A stretch of 64,000 nucleotides of DNA from Verrucomicrobiales bacterium. GTDB taxonomy: Bacteria > Verrucomicrobiota > Verrucomicrobiia > Verrucomicrobiales > V1-33. Numbering within the stretch: the first letter of the stretch is position 1; every line of letters begins with the position of its first letter. Positions 24,740 through 34,191 of the stretch are shown in pieces. Below the pieces are notes generated by a model. It had not been told where the DNA came from. It worked only from the letters and a program-made list of their open reading frames with translations, and did no database searches. The DNA lies in the NCBI GenBank assembly GCA_947460575.1, contig CANHIJ010000003.1, forward strand, positions 19,093 through 83,092, in the 5' to 3' direction. The translations under genes and the position numbers were made by a program.

Positions 24740-25603
24740 ATGAAGTCATTTTCCGACATTTCTCTGGCCGTCTTTGGCCCCGGCCTTTTGGGCGGTTCGC
24801 TGCTGCTGGACGCCCGCCTCCACGGCGTGGGCGACCTGCGGGTTTGGGCGCGGCGCGAGGAAAGTCTCGGCGAGGTGCGCCAGCGCGGCCTGGCCGACTT
24901 TGCCTCCACGGAAGCGGCGGCAGTGGCCGAAGGAGCCGACCTCCTGGTACTCTGCGTCCCCGTCGGCGGGATGCCCGCCCTCGCGGAGCAAATCGTGCGG
25001 GCCCGCCTGGGGGCGAATCCGGTGGTCACCGATGTCGGCAGCGTCAAGGCTTCGGTGGTGGCGGGAGTGGGCGGAGTGTGCCGCCGGGCGGGCCTGGCTT
25101 TTGTGGGCAGTCATCCCATGGCGGGGGCGGAGACCGCCGGCTTGGGCGCGGCTCGGTCTGGGCTTTTCCAGGGGGCGGCCTGCATCCTGACTCCTGAGTC
25201 GGAGACGTCCCCCGCTGCCCTGGCTAAAGTGGAGGCCTTCTGGCAGGCCTTGGGTTGCCGCACCGCGCAGATGGATGCGGCGCGGCACGACGCCTTGGTG
25301 GCGCGGATCAGCCACTTGCCCCACCTCGCCGCGGTGGCCGCTACCCTCGCCGCCTTCAAGCCGGACCCCTCCATGGCCCAGTTCGCCGCGGGCGGCCTGC
25401 GCGACACCACCCGGGTGGCCTCCGGCCCCCCGGAAATGTGGCGCGAAATATTGCTAGAAAACCGCCTGGCGATCCTGCCGGCCCTGGCCGACCTGCACCG
25501 CGCCACGGGCGAACTGCTTGAAATTTTGGAGAAAGCGGACGAGGGCCAGTTGCTCGCCCGCCTCGAGGAGGCCCAGCGCCTGCGGGCGACCCGCTATCCC
25601 TGA
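24740..25603 (+). CDS. tyrA: Prephenate/arogenate dehydrogenase
   Basis: GPGLLGGS, TDVGSVK, GSHPMAG, HD...ISHLPH, GLRDTTRVA. Confidence 0.92.
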   Translation: MKSFSDISLAVFGPGLLGGSLLLDARLHGVGDLRVWARREESLGEVRQRGLADFASTEAAAVAEGADLLVLCVPVGGMPALAEQIVRARLGANPVVTDVGSVKASVVAGVGGVCRRAGLAFVGSHPMAGAETAGLGAARSGLFQGAACILTPESETSPAALAKVEAFWQALGCRTAQMDAARHDALVARISHLPHLAAVAATLAAFKPDPSMAQFAAGGLRDTTRVASGPPEMWREILLENRLAILPALADLHRATGELLEILEKADEGQLLARLEEAQRLRATRYP

Positions 25604-25673
25604 GTCCCCTCCGGCCCCGTTCCTCTTTCCCCTTTTTCGCCCCTTTTTCGCCTCCCTTCGACCCCGCTTTGCC

Positions 25674-27071
25674 ATGTCAGAATTTCGCGTTAGAAAAGCC
25701 CACCCCATCGCCACAGAAATCACCGTTCCCGGTGACAAAAGCATCTCGCACCGCGCCATCATGTTTGCCTCCCTAGCGAATGGGACGAGCGAGATTACCG
25801 GCTTCCTCCCCAGCGGCGACTGCCTCAGCACCGCGGCCGCTTTTCGCGCCATGGGGGTGGAAATTGCTTTTTTCCGGGAAGACGGCAGTCCCTGGCAGCC
25901 CACGCCCGCGGGGGAGGGACCGCACCGCGTCGTCGTCCACGGCCGGGGCCTGCGGCTCCACGCCCCCACGGGCCCGGTGGACTGCGGAAACTCCGGCACC
26001 ACCATGCGCCTGCTCGCGGGCATCCTCGCGGGGCAAGCATTCACCGCCGTCATGACCGGCGACGAGTCCCTTAGCAAGCGCCCTATGAAGCGCGTCACCG
26101 AGCCACTTTCCCTGATGGGAGCGCGCTTTGAGGCCACTGGCCCGGGAGGCACGCCGCCCCTCACGGTGCACGGCCGCCCCCCGCTCGAGGCCATCACCTA
26201 TGCGCTGCCCATGGCCAGCGCTCAGGTGAAAAGCGCCGTCCTCCTCGCGGGACTTTACGCCGAGGGCAAGACCACGGTGATTGAGCCCGCGGTGACGCGC
26301 AATCACACTGAGACCATGCTGCGCCATTTTCGGGTCAAGACGGTTTGCCAGGGCCCGGCCATTTCGATCTATGGCGGCCAGGTGCCGGAAAGCCGGGACT
26401 TCCATGTGCCCGGAGACATTTCCAGCGCCGCCTTCTGGCTGGTGGCGGCCGCCGTGCAACCGGGCTCCGACCTCGTCATCAAGGGCGTCGGCCTCAACGA
26501 GACCCGCACCGGCATTCTCAAAGTCCTCCTGCGCATGGGCGCGCAAATCGCCGAGGACGTCACCGATGGCGCCGACGGCGAACCCCGCGGCACCCTCATC
26601 ATCCGCGGCGGCGGCTTGCAGGGCACCTGCATCGAGGGCGCAGAAATCCCCAACGTCATCGATGAACTCCCCATCCTAGCGGTGGCCGGGGCCCTGGCCC
26701 ACGGCACCACCATCATCCGCGACGCCGCGGAACTCCGCGTCAAGGAGACCGACCGCATCGCTGCGGTAGTCGAAAACCTGCGGCGCTTCGGCGTCTCCGT
26801 CCGCGAGCTCCCCGACGGCATGGAAATCACCGGCTCGGGCGGCCGCCCCCTGGTCGGCGCCAGCGTCACCAGCTTTGGCGACCACCGCATCGCCATGGCC
26901 TTCGCCATCGCCGGGCTCTTTTCCGAGGGCGAATCAATCATCTCCGACGTAGACTGCGTGAGCACCTCCTACCCTGGCTTTGCCGAACACCTGCGCCTCT
27001 TTCAGTCCCGGGACGTCACCGGCACGATCACTCCAGTCATCGACCGCCTGCCCGGGTCCCTGCCCCTCTGA
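25674..27071 (+). CDS. aroA: EPSP synthase (class II)
   Basis: PGDKSISHRA, DCGNSGTT, ASAQVKSA, ELRVKETDRI, GDHRIAM. Confidence 0.97.
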   Translation: MSEFRVRKAHPIATEITVPGDKSISHRAIMFASLANGTSEITGFLPSGDCLSTAAAFRAMGVEIAFFREDGSPWQPTPAGEGPHRVVVHGRGLRLHAPTGPVDCGNSGTTMRLLAGILAGQAFTAVMTGDESLSKRPMKRVTEPLSLMGARFEATGPGGTPPLTVHGRPPLEAITYALPMASAQVKSAVLLAGLYAEGKTTVIEPAVTRNHTETMLRHFRVKTVCQGPAISIYGGQVPESRDFHVPGDISSAAFWLVAAAVQPGSDLVIKGVGLNETRTGILKVLLRMGAQIAEDVTDGADGEPRGTLIIRGGGLQGTCIEGAEIPNVIDELPILAVAGALAHGTTIIRDAAELRVKETDRIAAVVENLRRFGVSVRELPDGMEITGSGGRPLVGASVTSFGDHRIAMAFAIAGLFSEGESIISDVDCVSTSYPGFAEHLRLFQSRDVTGTITPVIDRLPGSLPL

Positions 27072-27075
27072 GCCC

Positions 27076-27738
27076 ATGCCCGATTCCTTTGTCATCGCCA
27101 TCGACGGTCCCGCCGCCTCCGGGAAAAGCAGCGTCTCCAAGGTTTTGGCGCGCCGCCTCCACTGCTCCCACGTCAACAGCGGCGCCCTCTACCGCGCCGC
27201 CACCTGGGGCATCTTGCAAGCCGGCGCCGACCCCGCCGACCCCCGCGCCGTCGCCGCCGCGCTCGCGGCCCTCCACCTCGATTGCCTCCCCAGCGGCTCC
27301 GGCTTCACCATTTTAGTCAACGGAGTCGACCCCGGCGACCAACTCCGCCAGCCCGCGGTGGCCTCCCAGGTCTCCTCCGTCGCTAGCATTCCCGAAGTGC
27401 GGGATCTCCTCACCGCGCAATTGCGCCGCCTCGCGGAGGGGCGCAGCCTGATTATGGAGGGCCGCGATATCGGCAGCGTGGTTTTTCCCCACACTCCTTA
27501 CAAGTTTTACATCGACGCCAGCGAAGCCGTCCGCCTGAGCCGCCGCCGCGCCCAGGGCGAAGTCGATTCCCTGGTCACCCGCGACCAACAAGATTCCACC
27601 CGCAAAACCGCTCCCCTCGTGGTCGCCCCCGACGCCCGCGTCATCGACACCACCGCCCTCGAACTCGACCAAGTGGTCGCCGAAGTCCTCGCCGCCCTGG
27701 TGGCCCGCGGCCTCCCCGCAGGCAGCGCCGAAAGCTGA
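27076..27738 (+). CDS. cmk: Cytidylate kinase
   Basis: IAIDGPAASGKSS, GALYRA, MEGRDIGSVVFP. Confidence 0.95.
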   Translation: MPDSFVIAIDGPAASGKSSVSKVLARRLHCSHVNSGALYRAATWGILQAGADPADPRAVAAALAALHLDCLPSGSGFTILVNGVDPGDQLRQPAVASQVSSVASIPEVRDLLTAQLRRLAEGRSLIMEGRDIGSVVFPHTPYKFYIDASEAVRLSRRRAQGEVDSLVTRDQQDSTRKTAPLVVAPDARVIDTTALELDQVVAEVLAALVARGLPAGSAES

Positions 27739-27830
27739 AATTTTTGCGGGAAAGGGCCAAAATCTACTTGCGCCCCGCCGCTTCCCGCGCATTCTGATGA
27801 CCCGCAGCGCTGGCTGCGTTTCCCACAAAA

Positions 27831-27905
27831 GACCCTTTCGTCTAACGGTTAGGACACGACCCTTTCACGGTTGTAATACGGGTTCGATTCCCGTAGGGGT
27901 CGCCA
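27831..27905 (+). tRNA. tRNA-Glu (TTC)
   Basis: Cloverleaf: acceptor GACCCTT/AGGGGTC, anticodon arm CGACC-CTTTCAC-GGTTG, T arm ACGGG-TTCGATT-CCCGT, encoded CCA. Confidence 0.96.
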
Positions 27906-28271
27906 CTTTTGTAACATATACGTTACCCCAAAAGTGGCGGCCGAAAGCGCCCGCCGCGCCAGCGCCTCGCTGATCTGTTTATTTTTCTATCCACCGACAG
28001 GTGGCGGAAAGCGGAAAATCGCCCCCGCGCCCCCCGCGCCTGCCGCCCCCCAACTGCCCCCCTCAACTGCCAAACATGGGCGCCCTCAACCGCGGAGCGG
28101 TTGCCCCATGCGGGGCCGCCCTGGGTTTTCCTGGCGGGGCTCTGGCCCATTTTCGGGGCGGGGCATCGCGGGCCATTGCGGGGCGGCCCCGCTTTTGCGG
28201 GTTGAGTTTTCTTGCGGTGGCTGTCATGGTCGCCCTCCCCGGCACGGTTCCGGCTTCTTCCCCCTTTTATT

Positions 28272-28586
28272 ATGCCTGCCCGCCCCCGGTCCCCTTTGGC
28301 TGCTCCAGACGCTGTGGAGACATCCTTTGAGCAGTCCATTGAGGAATTGGATCAGATTATCCAGGCCCTGGACGGGGATCCGCAGGGTTTGGACGAATTG
28401 GTGGCTCGCTATGAGCGGGGCATGCAGTTGCTGAGCCGGTGCCAGCAGCAGTTGGACGCGGCCCAACTCCGCATTGAACAGATTTCCCGCCGCGCCGAGG
28501 AGGGACCCGCCGCTGCGCCGAGCCCCCCGAGCCCTTTGCCTCCTTTGCCCCCTGTTGCTTCCGATGATGAAATCCGACTCTTTTAA
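28272..28586 (+). CDS. xseB: Exodeoxyribonuclease VII small subunit
   Basis: SFEQSIEELDQII...LDELVARYERGMQL...CQQQLDAAQLRI; typical xseB-dxs synteny. Confidence 0.9.
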   Translation: MPARPRSPLAAPDAVETSFEQSIEELDQIIQALDGDPQGLDELVARYERGMQLLSRCQQQLDAAQLRIEQISRRAEEGPAAAPSPPSPLPPLPPVASDDEIRLF

Positions 28587-30474
28587 CCCAGAGGATCTCC
28601 CCGAGATCCGCTCCCCCGACGACGTCAAGCGCCTCAGCGACAAGCAGCTGCTGCAGTTGGCGGAAAAGGTGCGGCGCGATTTGATTGAGACGCTCGCCAA
28701 CACGGGAGGTCACCTCGGTCCTAACCTTGGAGTGGTGGAGTTGACGATTGCGCTGCACCGGGTGTTCCATTCCCCGCAGGACAAGTTCATTTTTGACGTC
28801 AGCCACCAGGGCTATGTGCACAAAATGCTGACGGGCCGCTGGGATCGGCTCTCCACGATGCGGCAATACGAGGGCCTCAACGGCTTTTTGCTGCGCAGTG
28901 AGAGCGAGCACGATTGCTATGGGGCGGGACACGCGGGCACGGCGATGAGCGCCGCCCTGGGCTTCGCGGTGGCGCGGGACTTGAAGGGCACGGACGAGCA
29001 CGTGGTCTGCGTGGCGGGCGATGCCGCCTTCACTTGCGGGCCGACCTTTGAGGCGCTCAACAACGTGGCCTCCTCCACCAAGCGCTTTATCACGGTCCTC
29101 AACGACAACGAGTGGTCGATCGACAAAAACGTCGGGGCCATCGCCCGCTATTTTACGGCGCTTTCGACTAATAGCGCCTACGCCCACCTCCACGACAAGG
29201 CGGCCCAGTTTGTGGAAAAGATCGGAGGCAAGGCGATGCGCAAATTGGTCGGCAAGGTCGAGGGCAGCGCGAAAAACCTCATCCTGCCGAGCGTCATTTT
29301 CGAAGAGTTTGGGATGCGCTACTACGGGCCCATCGACGGCCACAATCTCCCGTTGTTAGTGAAGACCTTTGAGTTTCTCAAGACGCAGAGCGAGCCCGTG
29401 ATTCTCCACATCATCACCGAAAAGGGCCGCGGCTACGAGCCCGCTCTAGCCAATCCCGGGAAGTTCCACGGGCTGGGCACCTATGAGATTGAGACCGGGG
29501 AGACGGCCCCTAGCCCGACGCCGACCTGTTCCCAGATTTTTGCGGAATCGCTGGTCCGCTTTGCCCGGGAGGACCGCAAGATCGCGGCCATCACCGCGGC
29601 CATGCCGGGCGGCACTGGCTTGGGCTATTTTAAGAAGGAGTTGCCGGAACGGTACTTTGACGTGGGGATTGCGGAGGAACACGCCGCGCTTTTTGCCTGC
29701 GGCCTGGCGGCCCAAGGCCTGCGCCCTTTCCTGGCCATTTACAGCACGTTCATGCAGCGGGCCTACGACATGATCATTCACGACATGGCCTTGCAGAAAC
29801 TGCCAGTGCGCCTGTGCATGGACCGCGGCGGCCTGAGCGGCGACGACGGCCCGACCCACCACGGGCTGTTTGACATTGGCTACTTGCGCCACGTGCCGGG
29901 GCTGATCCACATGCAGCCCAAGGACGAGGATGAGTTCGTGGACATGCTGTGGACCATGGCCAACTACGAAGCCGGCCCCACCGCGATCCGCTACCCGCGC
30001 GGCGCCATCACCGGGCGGGCGATCAAGGAAAAGCCGCAATTGCTCGAGATCGGCGAGGCCGAAGTAGTGGCCGACGGCACCGATGTGGCCCTGATCGGGC
30101 TGGGGAGCATGTTCGATATGGCCGCGCAGGCCAAGATTCAGCTCGAAGCCCTCGGGTACTCCGTGGCGCTGATCAACCCGCGCTGGATCAAGCCGCTCGA
30201 CACCGCGGTGCTAGAGCGCTATGCCCGCCGCTGCCGCGTCCTCTGCACCTTGGAAGACCACGTCCTCCACAACGGCTTCGGCTGCGGCGTCATCGAGCAC
30301 CTCCACGGCGTCGGCCTCTACACCCCCGTGGAGCGCATCGGCTGGCCGGATGCATTTGTCGAACACGGCACCCCCGCCATCCTGCGCGCCAAGCATGGCC
30401 TGACTCCCGAGGACTGCGTCCGCAAGGTCCTGCAGCAACTCCAAGCCAAGCGCGCCGTCCCCGCCTTCGTCTGA
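28564..30474 (+). CDS. dxs: 1-deoxy-D-xylulose-5-phosphate synthase
   Basis: GGHLGPNLG, DVSHQGYVHK, DVGIAEEHA, YSTFMQRAYD, DGPTHHG. Confidence 0.98.
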   Translation: MMKSDSFNPEDLPEIRSPDDVKRLSDKQLLQLAEKVRRDLIETLANTGGHLGPNLGVVELTIALHRVFHSPQDKFIFDVSHQGYVHKMLTGRWDRLSTMRQYEGLNGFLLRSESEHDCYGAGHAGTAMSAALGFAVARDLKGTDEHVVCVAGDAAFTCGPTFEALNNVASSTKRFITVLNDNEWSIDKNVGAIARYFTALSTNSAYAHLHDKAAQFVEKIGGKAMRKLVGKVEGSAKNLILPSVIFEEFGMRYYGPIDGHNLPLLVKTFEFLKTQSEPVILHIITEKGRGYEPALANPGKFHGLGTYEIETGETAPSPTPTCSQIFAESLVRFAREDRKIAAITAAMPGGTGLGYFKKELPERYFDVGIAEEHAALFACGLAAQGLRPFLAIYSTFMQRAYDMIIHDMALQKLPVRLCMDRGGLSGDDGPTHHGLFDIGYLRHVPGLIHMQPKDEDEFVDMLWTMANYEAGPTAIRYPRGAITGRAIKEKPQLLEIGEAEVVADGTDVALIGLGSMFDMAAQAKIQLEALGYSVALINPRWIKPLDTAVLERYARRCRVLCTLEDHVLHNGFGCGVIEHLHGVGLYTPVERIGWPDAFVEHGTPAILRAKHGLTPEDCVRKVLQQLQAKRAVPAFV

Positions 30475-30506
30475 ATCCACTAATCCCAGCCCACCACTCA
30501 CGGCCT

Positions 30507-31634
30507 ATGACTCCCTCCTTTCCAGCAGCGCTCCGCGGCGGGGCCCCCTTCACGCTGTGGCTGGATCCGGCCCGTTGGCCTGCGCCCGCCGCCGCGGCAC
30601 CCGCGGCGTCCGCGGCGCCTCCAGCCCAGGGGCGGCCTGCGCCGATCCAGCTGCCCGGCGCTGGATTTACGCTGTGGCTCGACCCCGCCCGCTGGCCTGC
30701 GGCCGCCGCTCCTCCAGCCCAGGCGCCGCCCGCGCCGCTGCAGTTGCCCGGCGCCGCCTTTACGCTGTGGCTCGACCCCGCGGGTTGGCCGACCGCGGCC
30801 CCGGCCGTCTCTGAGCCGACCCCAGCGACCCCTGAGCCGACGCTCGGCGGCGCCGCGGCGCCTCCAGCCCCGGCGGTGGCCCCGCGCATTTCCCTGGCGC
30901 ACAGCCGGGCCTTTACGCTGTGGACCCGCCCTGGCCAGGTGGTGCCGTTGCCGATGAAAAATGGTTTTACGGCCGCGCAATTCGCCGCCTCCCTCGCTAC
31001 CCCAGCGCCGACCGCGGCTCGCCCGGCGGCCTGCGAAGCTGCGGTCGGCCCGCCGCCAATCGCCTGGGAGCGCTGGATGCCCCTCGGCACCGCGGCGGTC
31101 GCGGTGCTCGGCCTCAATGCCTTGACTGCCGCGGCCGATGCTAGGAAATCCGTCGCAAGCCAAACGGAGATCACCGGGCTGACTCGGCGGGTGGAAGAAG
31201 ATGCCCAGCGGGTCACCTCCTTGGCTCACGGCCTGGGGGAAAGCCTAGCCAAGGCTGAATCCCGCGCCGCTCAGCTGCAGAAACAAAACGCCCGCCTCAG
31301 CGCTGACCTTGCCAAGGCCCAGGAAGCGAGCCGCCAGGCGGAAACGCGCGCCGCTAGCCAGGAGGCGGTGATTGGCGGGCTCGGGGCGCAATTGAAGGAG
31401 GCCCTCCAAGCGGCGGCGGCGGCGGCCGTCCAGGCCGAGACCGCCATGGTGGGAGCCCAGGAGGAATCGTCCCGATTGCAGCGCGAGTCTGGAGCGGCGC
31501 TGGTGGCCCTCCGGCAGACCCTGGGCGGCCTGGAAGCGGAGAAAGCGGCGGCCATCAAAGCGGCGGCCGATGCCGCGGCCGCGCTAGCAGTCCTGCAGGC
31601 CAAATGGGATGCCCTGCCCAAGGCGGCGCCCTGA
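30507..31634 (+). CDS. Hypothetical protein: FTLWLDP repeats, one TM segment, coiled coil
   Basis: ATG 30507; four FTLW repeats; hydrophobic LGTAAVAVLGL; Ala/Glu/Gln-rich heptads. Confidence 0.7.
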   Translation: MTPSFPAALRGGAPFTLWLDPARWPAPAAAAPAASAAPPAQGRPAPIQLPGAGFTLWLDPARWPAAAAPPAQAPPAPLQLPGAAFTLWLDPAGWPTAAPAVSEPTPATPEPTLGGAAAPPAPAVAPRISLAHSRAFTLWTRPGQVVPLPMKNGFTAAQFAASLATPAPTAARPAACEAAVGPPPIAWERWMPLGTAAVAVLGLNALTAAADARKSVASQTEITGLTRRVEEDAQRVTSLAHGLGESLAKAESRAAQLQKQNARLSADLAKAQEASRQAETRAASQEAVIGGLGAQLKEALQAAAAAAVQAETAMVGAQEESSRLQRESGAALVALRQTLGGLEAEKAAAIKAAADAAAALAVLQAKWDALPKAAP

Positions 31635-31700
31635 GGCGGTCCGCGGGCTTGGCAGGTCCGGGCTGGCGCGGGGAGCGATCTTGACTTAAAAGTTCCGCTT

Positions 31701-32657
31701 ATGCCTTTCGCTCGCCGCCGCTTTCTCTGGCTCGCCGCTGCGGCCGCCGCTGCCCCGGCGGCCCCGGCTCAGGCGGGCATCGACCACTTGCCGATCCATA
31801 CCACTTTTGTGAACCGGGAGCGGTTCCAGGCGATCATGGCCAAGGCCCGCGCCGCGGGCTGGGCTCGGCTGCCCATGGGGACGCGCCTCGCCCTGCTGGG
31901 CCGGGAATGCCTGGGGATTCCTTATGTCGGCTACACCTTGGAAATTGACGACCGCATCGAGTGCCCGTCTGCTAACTTTAATGGATTGGATTGCTGGACG
32001 TTTTTTGAAATCGCCCTGGGGATGGCGCGCTTGTTAGAGCGGCCCGGGAGCGCGGGGGCGCCGCCGGATTTGCTGAAGGAAATTCAGTGGACGCGCTACC
32101 GGGCGGGGCGTTGCCAGGGGAATTATCTGGAGCGGATTCACTATCTCAACGAGTGGTTTATCGACAACGAGGCGCGGGGCAACGTGCAGGACATCACGCG
32201 CCGCCTCGGCGGGGCGGTGCGCCTGGAGGGGCGGGAAAGCCGGGAGATGACGGTGCTGTGGAAGGGCTATCGCTACCTGCGCTGCAATCCCGCGCTGCGC
32301 CCACACATGGCGCGCCTGGAAGCGCGGGTGAATGCGCTGCCGGTGTGGTACATCCCGAAAAGCGGGGTGGCCCAGATTGAGGGGCAGCTGCAAGACGGCG
32401 ACATCGCGGGCATCGTGGCCAAGGATCAGGGCGGGGTTTGTTCCCACGTGGGCCTGATCACCCGCAGCGGCGGCCAGGCGCGCTTGATGCACGCGTCCAA
32501 AAACCATCGACAGGTGGTGTTAGACCAGGCCATTTCTAAGTACCTCAACAGTTTCACGAGCCACGCCGGCCTGATTGTGGCACGCCCCTTGCCCACCGCT
32601 CGGGAGGTCACCTCGCGGGCCGCCTACGAGGCCAATTTGCGGGCTTTGGGCGCGTGA
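31701..32657 (+). CDS. DUF1460 (NlpC/P60-like) peptidoglycan amidase, Tat-exported
   Basis: RRRFL signal; LGIPYVGYTLE, LDCWTFFE, RIHYLNEW, SHVG, MHAS. Confidence 0.85.
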   Translation: MPFARRRFLWLAAAAAAAPAAPAQAGIDHLPIHTTFVNRERFQAIMAKARAAGWARLPMGTRLALLGRECLGIPYVGYTLEIDDRIECPSANFNGLDCWTFFEIALGMARLLERPGSAGAPPDLLKEIQWTRYRAGRCQGNYLERIHYLNEWFIDNEARGNVQDITRRLGGAVRLEGRESREMTVLWKGYRYLRCNPALRPHMARLEARVNALPVWYIPKSGVAQIEGQLQDGDIAGIVAKDQGGVCSHVGLITRSGGQARLMHASKNHRQVVLDQAISKYLNSFTSHAGLIVARPLPTAREVTSRAAYEANLRALGA

Positions 32658-32677
32658 GCGGGGCTCGGATAAGAAAG

Positions 32678-33103
32678 TTAGGGGCGGCGGCCTTCGTCGC
32701 AGTCGTAGTAGTCGAAGAAGGTCACAATATCTGGGCGGTCGGCTAGGCGGGAGGCGATTTTGTGTTGTTCAAGGCGTCCGGTGGCGCCGGTGTCGTCGTC
32801 GCGCCAGCCGGTTTTGGAGGCGTATTTGTTCCAGACGAGCATTTCTTCTTCGCTGGGCCGACGGCCCTGCTGAAAGCACCATTCGAGGAGGGCCTCGTCG
32901 CTGGCGGGGTCGGCGGCGCGCTCGCGCAGGGCGCGGTAGTCGACGTGGAGAAAGCGGCAGATGCGGCCGTCAAATCCCTCGCCGAGCATGGGCAGGTAGT
33001 CGGCGGGAAGTTCTCCGGCGCGGAGAAGGCGCATTTTGTCGAGCATGCGGGCGAAGTAGAGCAGGCCGAGGGTGGGGTCGTGGGCGGAGCGGGGGAAGGG
33101 CAT
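32678..33103 (-). CDS. DUF5069 family protein
   Basis: PRS...GLLYFARMLDKMRL...GELPADY...FDGRICRFL...TFFDYYDCDEGR. Confidence 0.8.
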   Translation of the reverse strand: MPFPRSAHDPTLGLLYFARMLDKMRLLRAGELPADYLPMLGEGFDGRICRFLHVDYRALRERAADPASDEALLEWCFQQGRRPSEEEMLVWNKYASKTGWRDDDTGATGRLEQHKIASRLADRPDIVTFFDYYDCDEGRRP

Positions 33104-33123
33104 GGGGCTGGGGCGGCGGGAGG

Positions 33124-33990
33124 TTAGCCTCGGGCGAGGAGATCGTCGAGGATGGGACCGGCTTGGTTGGTAAGGATGGAATAATGGCCGTCCTCGCAGG
33201 CGTGGAAGGTGGCGGTGGGAAGGCCGGCGGCAAAGGCGGCGGCGGCGGAGCAGGCGAAGTTGCGGTCTTGGGTGCCGTGCCAGAAGCTGAGGGGGGAGCG
33301 GATTTCCGCGGGGTCGAAGGGCCAAGCGAGGGCGTAGGGTTGGGCGTCTTCCCAGAGTCCGCGCATGCCCGATTGCATGGCGCGGCGAAAGGCCGGGTAA
33401 AATTGAGCGAAGCGCTCTTTGGGCCACAGGGCGGCGCGGTCGCGGGGGCCGAGGATGCGCAGGGCGAGCCAGAGGGCGGCGCGAGGCGGGGGGATGCGGC
33501 CGAGGCGGACCGCGGCGGCGAGGGCGGCTTGGAGGAGCCAGGGGGCGCGGTCGTGGAGCGCCAGCATGGCTTGGTAGACTGGGGAGAGGTGGCGGCGCGC
33601 GGGGCCGGGGGCGGCAGGGAGGGCGCCGCAGACGATGGCGGTGGCGCGGACGCTCGGACCCAAGGCCCAGGCGGTCGCCAGGGCGTAGGGGCCGCCGCCG
33701 GAAAGTCCGAGGACGAAGCTTCGGTCGAGTTGTAGGTGGTCGGCCAGGGCTTGCACCAAGGGGGGCCAGTCGAGCAGGGAGCGCCCGGCCTGACTCGAGG
33801 AGGCGCTGATGCCGGGGCGATTCGGGGCGATGAGGCGGAGGCCGCGGTCGAGGGCGGCCTGGTGGATGAGGGAGCCTTGTTGGGCTTCGCCGGGCCAACC
33901 GTGGAAGAAAAAGAGGGCCGGACCGCGAGGGCAGCCGTACTCGCGGAAGCTGAGGACTTGGCCCGAGGGAAGCCGAAAAGTGTGGAGCAT
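33124..33990 (-). CDS. Alpha/beta hydrolase
   Basis: FFHGWPG, GLSGGGPYALA nucleophile elbow, WHGTQD, DGH. Confidence 0.88.
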   Translation of the reverse strand: MLHTFRLPSGQVLSFREYGCPRGPALFFFHGWPGEAQQGSLIHQAALDRGLRLIAPNRPGISASSSQAGRSLLDWPPLVQALADHLQLDRSFVLGLSGGGPYALATAWALGPSVRATAIVCGALPAAPGPARRHLSPVYQAMLALHDRAPWLLQAALAAAVRLGRIPPPRAALWLALRILGPRDRAALWPKERFAQFYPAFRRAMQSGMRGLWEDAQPYALAWPFDPAEIRSPLSFWHGTQDRNFACSAAAAFAAGLPTATFHACEDGHYSILTNQAGPILDDLLARG

Positions 33991-34080
33991 CTCTGCCAGC
34001 AAGGCGGAAAACGGGGGAGGCGCAAGGGCGGGCCCGGGCTGAGCGCCCAGCTAGGGGCGGCAAAAGGACTTGAATTCCAG

Positions 34081-34108
34081 TTGCATCGGGGCACAGCGTC
34101 CCTAGTAT
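34081..34108 (+). promoter_or_regulatory. Sigma70-like promoter of rpmE-prfA
   Basis: TTGCAT-N16-TAGTAT, about 85 nt upstream of rpmE. Confidence 0.5.
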
Positions 34109-34191
34109 GCCCTCCCGATTTCCGGGGTTTTGGGCGGCGGAGTTCCGCGGCTCACCGGTAATACTTCGTCCACAGTCAACTGCTGCCTGCC

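Noticed and set aside
27923-28271. ORFs or an integrated island after tRNA-Glu
   Set aside because: Low-complexity translations; no integrase or att duplication; core genes resume at xseB
29949-30506. 5' extension of the 561-aa ORF, and similar extensions on rpoB, lutC, tyrA, aroA, DUF5069, the synthase and the RND permease
   Set aside because: They overlap verified genes or intergenic DNA; family similarity starts at downstream start codons
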